Below are positions 23,505 through 30,645 of a stretch of 64,000 bases of DNA, in pieces (within the stretch, counting starts at the first letter, position 1; each line of letters begins with the position of its first letter). A program made the position numbers and the translations under genes. The notes under the pieces are model-generated. The model worked only from the letters and a program-made list of their open reading frames with translations, ran no database searches and had not been told where the DNA came from. Source of the DNA: a virus; the IMG/VR virus record IMGVR_UViG_3300037851_001030, positions 1 to 64,000 of that record; one strand, given 5' to 3'.

Positions 23505-24005
23505 ATGTACGCCATCCTCGCACTGGTCACCAACCGCACGAAGCGCACGTTCCAGATCTGCGCCCGACTCGGGTACGCGTATCAGGTCACGCATTTCTGC
23601 GTGGGGGCTAGCGGGCACGACCCCGATAGCCCGATCACGGCCAAGACCCCGGACCCGGACTACGACCCGATCCCACTCGCGACCGGGGACCGGCTACCAG
23701 AAGACCGCACGATCGACGCGACGGCCATCACGAGCGCCGAGGACGATCCGTACTACGCAACGATCTGGACGTGCGTGCTTCCGAAGACCGTGGCGACGGG
23801 ACCGCTCTCGAGCATCTATCTGCTGGCCAAGATGGTCTACCCTGGAACGCCGGTCGGTACCCAGCTCGCGGACTACAACGCGGCGCTCGTAGCCGCCGGC
23901 CTGCCCGAGGTCGGCAAGTTCTGGGTCCACTCGTTCGCCTACACTCCACTATCAGTGAAGGTAGACACCGAGGTTCGCACGCTGCCTTGTGCTGTTGTGT
24001 ATTAG
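23505..24005 (+). CDS. Hypothetical protein, possibly tail-collar-fibre (DUF3751)-like, 166 aa
   Basis: Full track ORF. HFCVGASGHDPDSPITAKTPDPDYDPIPL...YLLAKMVYPG is weakly reminiscent of the P2 gpH N-terminal type domain. Confidence 0.55.
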   Translation: MYAILALVTNRTKRTFQICARLGYAYQVTHFCVGASGHDPDSPITAKTPDPDYDPIPLATGDRLPEDRTIDATAITSAEDDPYYATIWTCVLPKTVATGPLSSIYLLAKMVYPGTPVGTQLADYNAALVAAGLPEVGKFWVHSFAYTPLSVKVDTEVRTLPCAVVY

Positions 24006-24241
24006 TCGAGACGCTCCTCGAATCGCTGAACCCATCGCCTGACGTCGAGCCCGCGATCGCGCTTGAGCGCGCGTAGGAATCGTGCGAGCGACAGCGCTTC
24101 ACGCTCGTAGACCTCGCGCAACACCGAGGGCTGCGTAGTCCAGGGTCCGAGCTTCGTGTGCGTGATCTTTTCTTCGCGCTCGTGCAGGTACTCAGCCAGC
24201 TTGGCCACGAGCGCAGGGTCAGGGCCTTCGTCTTTTGGCAT
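24002..24241 (-). CDS. Hypothetical protein (79 aa)
   Basis: Full track ORF. Its stop overlaps the stop of the convergent plus-strand gene by 4 nt. Confidence 0.6.
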   Translation of the reverse strand: MPKDEGPDPALVAKLAEYLHEREEKITHTKLGPWTTQPSVLREVYEREALSLARFLRALKRDRGLDVRRWVQRFEERLD

Positions 24242-24419
24242 TGTGCTCGCACCGGTCGATGATGTTGATCATCAGGACCAGAGATCCCACCACTCCGCCC
24301 ATGCCGTACCAGCACGTTATGGGCAGACCCCACACCTCAACCCGGTGGCCGAAGAACAGGCCCCAGAGCGCGTAGGCAACCACCGCGATCGGGACCCAGT
24401 AGAGGAACCAGGACCTCAT
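24219..24419 (-). CDS. Small membrane protein, two predicted TM helices (66 aa)
   Basis: WFLYWVPIAVVAYALWGLFFG and GMGGVVGSLVLMINII are hydrophobic spans. Confidence 0.6.
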   Translation of the reverse strand: MRSWFLYWVPIAVVAYALWGLFFGHRVEVWGLPITCWYGMGGVVGSLVLMINIIDRCEHNAKRRRP

Positions 24420-24427
24420 ACCGAAGA

Positions 24428-24703
24428 CTACGGCTGGTTAGCGCATGGCCCGTCGTGCTGGGGTGACCCGTCGGAGTTCTCCAGGCGCAGGGAACCGCGC
24501 GCGGCGAGCCCGCCGAGCCGTGCCTGAGCCTGGACGATGAGCGCTCGGGCCTCGGCCAGCCCCTCGGCGTAGCCATCGCGCCGTCCCTGCTCGTAGGCGC
24601 ACGCCGCGCACTTGTGCCGCTGTGGGCTGCGCTGGCTGCGAACCACGCGCGACAGCGCCTGCATGGTGGACCGTGGGTGCGCTTGCTGACAGGTTCTGGG
24701 CAT
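24428..24703 (-). CDS. Hypothetical protein (91 aa)
   Basis: ATG 24703 preceded by GGAGATACCC. Confidence 0.5.
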   Translation of the reverse strand: MPRTCQQAHPRSTMQALSRVVRSQRSPQRHKCAACAYEQGRRDGYAEGLAEARALIVQAQARLGGLAARGSLRLENSDGSPQHDGPCANQP

Positions 24704-24762
24704 GGGTATCTCCTGGGACAGTAACTACTCTATCCTATCACAGGACCGGTGGCTGTGGGAAG

Positions 24763-25584
24763 CTAGTTGGGGACGTAGACCAGAACGTAGTTGCGCGCGC
24801 CGTTTGGCACGAGCCCCGCGTTCGGGATGTAGCAGCCGTTCGGTGCGCACGCGGCGGCGTACGCGACGGTGCCGTTCGTGACCTTGACGTTCGCCACCCA
24901 CTGCTGGGGCAGAGCCCGGACCAGTGGGTGGGACAGGCCCAGCCGGTTCCCGAACCCGAAGCTGTAGTCGCCTGGGGAACCGCTGGCGTCGGCCGGCACG
25001 TAGATCGACGTGATGCTCTGGAAGCACACGACACCGTCGATCGTCTGGGTCAGGCTGGCGCCCAGCGCGGCGCAGACGATGCTCTCGGTCTGGGGTGCCC
25101 CGTCGAGATCGACGCCCGTCACTACGATCGTCTTCAGCGCGAGGGCCTCGCCAACGCCCGTGGCGCCGTAGACGCGGAAGTTGCGCGGATACGTTAGGTC
25201 GCCGCCTCCGGTCGTCCCGTTGAGCTGGCTTCCACTGTAGGTGGTCGCCACGGCGGGCGCCGCGGCCGCGGTCTTGATCGCGTTGTTCGAGGCGGCCGCC
25301 GGAGCCGTAAAGACGTCGCGCGCGAGTCCGCAGTCGTCGGGGGCAGGCGCGTCGAAGACCGTGGCATCGAACTTCGACAGCGGGACGCCGTTGAGGGTGG
25401 CGGTCACGAGCCCGTTCGTGACCAGTCGCTCCAGCTCCTTGCGGTGCCCGTCGACCTTGAACCTGGCCGCTGGGATCTGGCGCTGCTGGCCGCGGCGCAC
25501 CAGAACGCCGCCCAGGGGTACGGACCGGCTGGTCGCGGTCACGGTGACCATCCGACCACCGGTAGTGCTGACTGTGCGAAGCAT
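24763..25584 (-). CDS. Structural protein, paralogue A of a tandem pair (273 aa)
   Basis: ATG preceded by GGAAGGAGGA. Shares the block CFQSITSIYVPADASGSPGDYSFGFGNRLGLS with the upstream gene. Confidence 0.8.
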   Translation of the reverse strand: MLRTVSTTGGRMVTVTATSRSVPLGGVLVRRGQQRQIPAARFKVDGHRKELERLVTNGLVTATLNGVPLSKFDATVFDAPAPDDCGLARDVFTAPAAASNNAIKTAAAAPAVATTYSGSQLNGTTGGGDLTYPRNFRVYGATGVGEALALKTIVVTGVDLDGAPQTESIVCAALGASLTQTIDGVVCFQSITSIYVPADASGSPGDYSFGFGNRLGLSHPLVRALPQQWVANVKVTNGTVAYAAACAPNGCYIPNAGLVPNGARNYVLVYVPN

Positions 25585-25599
25585 CGGGTCCTCCTTCCC

Positions 25600-26424
25600 T
25601 TAGCCAGGGATGTACATGATGACCCAGTCGTGGGCATCGTTCGGGTCGTCGTTCGGGGTGTAGGACCCGAAGGGAGCGGCCGCCGCGGCGAGCGCGATGG
25701 TTCCCGCCACCGCCGGGACCGCGTTGTCGAAGAACTCGCCGACGAGCCCGCCTTGGGTCAGGGACTTGGACAGGCCGAGCGCCTTCCCGAACCCGATCTC
25801 GTAGTCGCCCGGGGACCCGCTGGCGTCGCCCGGCACGTAGACCGAGGTCACGCTCTTGAAGCATGACGTGCCCTGGGTCGTGACGTCCTCGCCGGCCCCG
25901 CGCGCCGGCACCGTGATGGTCTCGGTCAGCGGCTGGCCATACATGTCGAGGCCGGTCACGATGAAGTCCTTCTCCTCGAGCGCCTCGCCGCCGGCCGTCA
26001 CCGCGTGGATCGTGACGTTGCGCGCGACGTCGAAGGGGATCGCCCCGTAGGCGCCGTTGAGCGCCGCTCCGCTGTAGGTCTGGGCCGTGGCTGCCGCCGT
26101 CCAGACGGTCTTCACGCCGTTCGCGTCGACCGTGAGCACGTTGGCGAACACGTCGCGGACCATCCGCAGCTCGGCCGAGATCGGGGCATCGAGCGTCTGG
26201 GCCTCGGCGGTTGAGAGCGCGTCGGAGTTGTAGACGACCCGCGCCTTGCGGGCCGAGACCAACGTCGCGAGCTTCGTCGCGTGCGTCGGGTGGCCCTCGA
26301 TGTAGCGCAGCGAGATGGTCTTGGTCTTGTACGGACCGATGACCGTTCCGGCGACGCCGATCGAAGACCTCGTGAGGTTGGTGATGGAGACCGTACGGCC
26401 TGTGGCAGGGACTACGCGGAGCAT
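25600..26424 (-). CDS. Structural protein, paralogue B of a tandem pair (274 aa)
   Basis: Shares MLR.V..TGR.V..T N-terminus and CFKSVTSVYVPGDASGSPGDYEIGFGKALGLS with paralogue A. Confidence 0.8.
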   Translation of the reverse strand: MLRVVPATGRTVSITNLTRSSIGVAGTVIGPYKTKTISLRYIEGHPTHATKLATLVSARKARVVYNSDALSTAEAQTLDAPISAELRMVRDVFANVLTVDANGVKTVWTAAATAQTYSGAALNGAYGAIPFDVARNVTIHAVTAGGEALEEKDFIVTGLDMYGQPLTETITVPARGAGEDVTTQGTSCFKSVTSVYVPGDASGSPGDYEIGFGKALGLSKSLTQGGLVGEFFDNAVPAVAGTIALAAAAAPFGSYTPNDDPNDAHDWVIMYIPG

Positions 26425-26485
26425 GACGATTCCTTTCGGCTAGGACGGGTTTCCGTCAGGTTCACCTGCGGCTGTTCGTAGAAGG

Positions 26486-27781
26486 CTACGCCGACTCGAA
26501 GTCGGGCGGCGCCCCGCCGTGCAGGGAATTCGAGACCGGGGCCGTAGTCGAACACGACCCGCTCAGCCTAGTCCACTCCCATTCGAAGACCGCGGGCGGG
26601 TCCCGTCTCTGGGAGCTTAGCTCAGTAGATACAGCCACCACCGAGTCGAACCACACGTCCGAATCAAGCGGCGTGAGCGAGCACCCAGTCCACAGCTCGG
26701 TGAAGGGCTCTCCGCTATCTAGGGCGCTGCCGCTATCGAGGGGCCCACTGTCGAAGGGCGTGCCCGCCCCTAGCCCTGGTGGTAGCACGACGGCGTCGGG
26801 TCGATACGACCAGAACCGGCGCGCGACCTCGACCGACGTTGAGGGTGACACGAACGCCATCCAGGTGTCCATGGTCCCTATGAGGCCGAGTAGATACTGT
26901 AGGTTGTGCTGCGGCCAGTGGCTGTGGAGCACGGTCTGCCAGCCAGGCTCGTCTCCCTCGTCTGTGGGGTCCCAGGTGCCCATCCCGACCCCGATATAGG
27001 AGGTCGCTTCGACCGCCGACCGGAGGCGTAGTTGCTGAGGCACGTTGACCGCGAGCTGCCAGAGGGCGCGCTCACGTGCGGTGGGTAGGTCTGGGAGCCA
27101 GACGTTGAACTCGTAACCGTGATAGCTGGCGGGCGCCGGCCACAGCGTGTGTATCGCCGGGTCTACAATCGACCCCGGTATCATGGGTACGATGATGGGC
27201 GACCCGAGGGAGAAGGCCGCCGCGATCGAGTCGATCCCGAGCGTGGTGGGCGCCCCGTGAAAGACCGCACGACCGAGAAGCTTGACGGCGAGCGCTCGCA
27301 GGGCCTGGGTGTCAGGCAGCGACTGATGGTACTTGAAACGGAACTCGGTAGGGCGACTCGACCAGCGCGACGTCAGGCTCCAGTACTGAACCAGGTAGTC
27401 GAGGTACGTGTGCCGGAAGTAGTCGAGCGCCGCGCCCTTGTGAACAAGGGCCTGGTAGGAGAGCGAGACCCCGATCGATGCCTCTTCCCCGACGTCGTCG
27501 ACCACGCGCACCCAGTTGACGTCGGGCCACGGGGCAAGCGGACCAAGCTCCAGACGCACCGCGATCGAGTCGAGACCTATCTCCCCGACGAGACCGCCGT
27601 TCAGGTACACGCGGACTCGGCGCCCCATCGTTCCGGTTATCACGAACGCGGTTCGTGCCTCGATGGGCCTCGGGTTTGGGCCCGAGGTTGTGTACGCCAG
27701 TCCCGGCGGGATCGCGGCCATGATCCGCTGGAAGACCTGGTCTTCGTAGGATCCTACGGGCGCGATCGCGAGCGCGGTCAC
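26486..27781 (-). CDS. Baseplate-module structural protein (431 aa)
   Basis: GTG start in a GTGA overlap with the J-like gene. Function is suggested only by its position downstream of that gene. Confidence 0.7.
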   Translation of the reverse strand: MTALAIAPVGSYEDQVFQRIMAAIPPGLAYTTSGPNPRPIEARTAFVITGTMGRRVRVYLNGGLVGEIGLDSIAVRLELGPLAPWPDVNWVRVVDDVGEEASIGVSLSYQALVHKGAALDYFRHTYLDYLVQYWSLTSRWSSRPTEFRFKYHQSLPDTQALRALAVKLLGRAVFHGAPTTLGIDSIAAAFSLGSPIIVPMIPGSIVDPAIHTLWPAPASYHGYEFNVWLPDLPTARERALWQLAVNVPQQLRLRSAVEATSYIGVGMGTWDPTDEGDEPGWQTVLHSHWPQHNLQYLLGLIGTMDTWMAFVSPSTSVEVARRFWSYRPDAVVLPPGLGAGTPFDSGPLDSGSALDSGEPFTELWTGCSLTPLDSDVWFDSVVAVSTELSSQRRDPPAVFEWEWTRLSGSCSTTAPVSNSLHGGAPPDFESA

Positions 27782-29169
27782 AGGGCCACCACCCTCAGGT
27801 TGACGACCGGGTACTCGTGCGGCGCGAAGATGATGGGCTGCACCAGCATCGTCGCGCGATCCGGACGGTTGAACTTGTTCAGGACCATGCTGACCGAGAG
27901 CCTTGCCGTGAGGTCGTCGGCAAACGCCTTCGGGTCAAGCTCAAGCACGAAGTGCTGACGCGAGGTCAGGAGCGTGGGGTCTCGGAACCACCGCGTGACG
28001 AGGCTCTCGACGTCGGTCACGCGTGCCCCCGCGCCGTAGCTCGTGACCACCAGCTCGACGTCAACCGGAACCTGCTTGCCTTCGCGTACGATGGCGTCGG
28101 TTTGGAAGAGCTGAGCGTTGCTCTCGTTCATGTAGTTGTGGAAGTCGAGCACGAGCGCGTTGTAGCTGTAGGCCACGTAGACCGTATGCCCCGGTCCTGG
28201 CGCGGTGTCGAGGTCGATGGCGTCCTGCGCGAAGACCGTGCCACGAGTCGCCGGAGCCGTATCCCGTATGATAGTGTAGGTCGCCGCCACGCCGTCGACG
28301 AGCACGGCCGTTACCTCGAGCAGCGGGGCCTCTGGCAGCACGATCGTGGTCTCGGTGCCCGAGGTCGTGTACGTGTAGTCGGTCACGCCCAGTCGAGACC
28401 CGATGACGTAGATGTCGATCATCGAGCGCACCATACCGCTCGGCAGCCGCTCGAAGACGCCGACGTCGGCCGGCGTCAGTACCGCAGTGTCCTCGACCGC
28501 GCCCTGGGTGAAGCGGATCCCGAGGCTGGCGAGGCCGCCGGGCGTGCCGAGTGAATTTCCGAGTAGGACGGAGCGCAGGTCGTCGACGAACTCCTGGAGC
28601 GACTGGTTGGTGGAGCCGCCACGGAACTCGGAACTCGTGACACCGGAGACCCCCGAGATAGGGGTCTGGAGCACGTTGACGCTGCCCTCGGCGCAGTCGT
28701 AGTCGGGCCCGATCTCGACGGCCTCGGCCGGAACCGTGATCTCGTAGCGCCGCCTGCTGGCGACGAAGTAGGCCGCCACGTTGGCTGCGAAGAAGGTCAC
28801 GGCCTGGAGCGTCTTGTAGAAGTAGCGGCCGTCCGAGGTCGACCCCAGGGTCCCTTCCTCGATCGGTGTGTCTGCCTTGATCTCGTATGCGTAGAACGTC
28901 AGGTAGCCCTGGGACGGAGTGCCCTGGCTCAGGCTCATGCCGTAGTCACGGCCGACGGATGCGATCTCCTCGGTGGACCAGCGGTCAGCCGTCTCGAACT
29001 GGTAGCGCTGCGCCAGCGCATCGTTGGCAGCCTCTTGCTTCGATATCTCGACGGCCCATGGGTAGTGCGCGGTCTCGTAGACGGGGCCCTTGCGGGTGTC
29101 CACGTTCGGATTGATAAGCTCGGTGGTCTCAGCCATCGAGCGCGTGATTTCGTCGACGTCGCGCGCCAC
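27778..29169 (-). CDS. Baseplate J (gp47/gpJ)-like protein, 463 aa
   Basis: GYLTFYAYEIKADTPIEEGTLGSTSDGRYFYKT and VNVLQTPISGVSGVTSSEFRGGSTNQSLQEFVDDLRSVLLG follow the baseplate-J family pattern. Confidence 0.6.
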   Translation of the reverse strand: MARDVDEITRSMAETTELINPNVDTRKGPVYETAHYPWAVEISKQEAANDALAQRYQFETADRWSTEEIASVGRDYGMSLSQGTPSQGYLTFYAYEIKADTPIEEGTLGSTSDGRYFYKTLQAVTFFAANVAAYFVASRRRYEITVPAEAVEIGPDYDCAEGSVNVLQTPISGVSGVTSSEFRGGSTNQSLQEFVDDLRSVLLGNSLGTPGGLASLGIRFTQGAVEDTAVLTPADVGVFERLPSGMVRSMIDIYVIGSRLGVTDYTYTTSGTETTIVLPEAPLLEVTAVLVDGVAATYTIIRDTAPATRGTVFAQDAIDLDTAPGPGHTVYVAYSYNALVLDFHNYMNESNAQLFQTDAIVREGKQVPVDVELVVTSYGAGARVTDVESLVTRWFRDPTLLTSRQHFVLELDPKAFADDLTARLSVSMVLNKFNRPDRATMLVQPIIFAPHEYPVVNLRVVAL

Positions 29170-29170
29170 G

Positions 29171-29608
29171 CTACTTCTCCTGTACCTGGCTCAGGTCCAC
29201 GAGGTACCCGATCTTGAGCGGGTCGTCCTGGTCCTTGTTCTTTCGCTGGACCTCGACGACGTAGGCGTAGTGGAGGTCCTGCGGCTGGCTGCTGACCGTG
29301 ATCGTGAACTTGTCGATCTCCTCGGCCGCCCCAAGAGCCCGGTCCTGCTGCTGAAGCGCGATCAGGCGGTTTATCGAGTCCGATACGTCACTCTGGATCA
29401 CGGGCTTGTGGATGCCGCGCGCCCCGATCGAGCTGTTGCTTTGACGCACGTTAAGCTGGTTGCCCCAGCGCCCGTCCGGATACACGTCCTGGAGCAGCGT
29501 GCAGGCTACGTCCTGAGCGCACTTCTCGCGGTCGGATTCCGTGTAGTAGAAGCGGCCGCGGGAGTCAACGTAGTAGTCGCCGGCCGCCAGGCGGATGGTC
29601 GTGCTCAT
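29171..29608 (-). CDS. Small baseplate-module protein (position of gpW/gp25), 145 aa
   Basis: Full track ORF. Only positional and weak pattern support for the function. Confidence 0.55.
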   Translation of the reverse strand: MSTTIRLAAGDYYVDSRGRFYYTESDREKCAQDVACTLLQDVYPDGRWGNQLNVRQSNSSIGARGIHKPVIQSDVSDSINRLIALQQQDRALGAAEEIDKFTITVSSQPQDLHYAYVVEVQRKNKDQDDPLKIGYLVDLSQVQEK

Positions 29609-29641
29609 GGCACTTGAAGACTGTGCCCACGACGGCCGCGA

Positions 29642-30025
29642 TCACGCGCCCTGTTGTATCTGCTCGAGTACGTACTGGACGACCTTCATCGGGCCGTACT
29701 TGCCCCACTCCGTCACTTCGCCCCAGATGCCCACCGCCCACTCGTTGACGTCCTCGGGCTTCGCGTTGGCCTTCGCGGCGGCAGCACGCACCTTGTGCTC
29801 GAACGCGGCCAGCACCACCTTGCGGTCGAGGAACACGCGAACCTGGTCCTCGTCGTAGTTTGGCTGGCGTGGGATGGGCCAGATCGCCCCGACCACGGTC
29901 TGGCTTCTCCCAGACCCCTCGGTCAGGATGCTGTGACCGGTGACCTTGTCCCAGTCGTGGACTTTGAGCTTGAGAGCGATGACGAGCGCTTCGCTCTGAC
30001 TCTTCAGCATGGTGTGTGTGAACAT
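29642..30025 (-). CDS. Hypothetical protein (127 aa), start abuts the tRNA 3' end
   Basis: Full track ORF. ATG 30025 lies 2 nt from the tRNA discriminator base, with no Shine-Dalgarno. A second ATG at 30010 is possible. Confidence 0.6.
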   Translation of the reverse strand: MFTHTMLKSQSEALVIALKLKVHDWDKVTGHSILTEGSGRSQTVVGAIWPIPRQPNYDEDQVRVFLDRKVVLAAFEHKVRAAAAKANAKPEDVNEWAVGIWGEVTEWGKYGPMKVVQYVLEQIQQGA

Positions 30026-30027
30026 AG

Positions 30028-30100
30028 TGGAGCCGGGAGGACTCGAACCCCCTACCTCTAGCTTGCACAGCTAGCGCTCTCCCAGTTGAGCTACGGCCCC
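30028..30100 (-). tRNA. tRNA-Ala (anticodon UGC), CCA not encoded, unusual G at position 33
   Basis: GGGGCCG-TA-GCTC-AACTGGGA-GAGC-G-CTAGC-TGTGCAA-GCTAG-AGGTA-GGGGG-TTCGAGT-CCTCC-CGGCTCC-A. G3:U70 alanine identity pair. Canonical T-loop. Confidence 0.85.
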
Positions 30101-30147
30101 GACTACTTCACGATACGTCAGGATAAAGGAGGCTGTCAACCCTATTC

Positions 30148-30645
30148 TTACGTCCCGTCTACCGTGACCGAGGTGCGCTGAGACCCCGTCATGGTAGCGG
30201 TCACGCGGTCCTTGGTGTCCCCGACGTTCCGGAACGTGGCGACGGCCCCCGCGATCGAGGTCTTGCCCGCGAGAACCGCGAGCATGAGTCGGATCGCCTG
30301 ACGAAGAGTAACGCTAGACTCGATCCCGGCACTGACGTCCATCGGACCGGTCGCCTCCGTCGCCTCGCGTACGTGGGCCTGCACGAAGAAGTCGTCGCAG
30401 CCGGTCTTGACGACGCGAAGAACGAGGGGCCCGACCGTGTCGGTGTCGGTCGAGTTCAACTGCACGGTGTAGAGGCCACCCGCCAGCTCGGCCCAAGTGC
30501 CATCACTTGGAGTAGCCAGAGAGCCGCCATTCTTGGAGAGCGTCAACGTGGGACTAGTGACCCCGGTCTTTCCGGTAATGTGGTCGATGCGACTCACGAG
30601 TCGGACGTAGACCTTCTGGGTAGAGCCTTTGAGGATCGGGAACAT
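30148..30645 (-). CDS. Hypothetical structural protein (165 aa)
   Basis: Full track ORF. TAATG overlap with the upstream tailspike-like gene. Confidence 0.7.
   Translation of the reverse strand: MFPILKGSTQKVYVRLVSRIDHITGKTGVTSPTLTLSKNGGSLATPSDGTWAELAGGLYTVQLNSTDTDTVGPLVLRVVKTGCDDFFVQAHVREATEATGPMDVSAGIESSVTLRQAIRLMLAVLAGKTSIAGAVATFRNVGDTKDRVTATMTGSQRTSVTVDGT

Noticed and set aside
24725-25864. 379-aa Arg-rich minus-strand ORF, and the plus-strand ORFs 24622..25197 and 25444..25866.
   Set aside because: They are off-frame or antisense overlaps of the two paralogous structural genes and have an extreme Arg/Gly/Pro composition.
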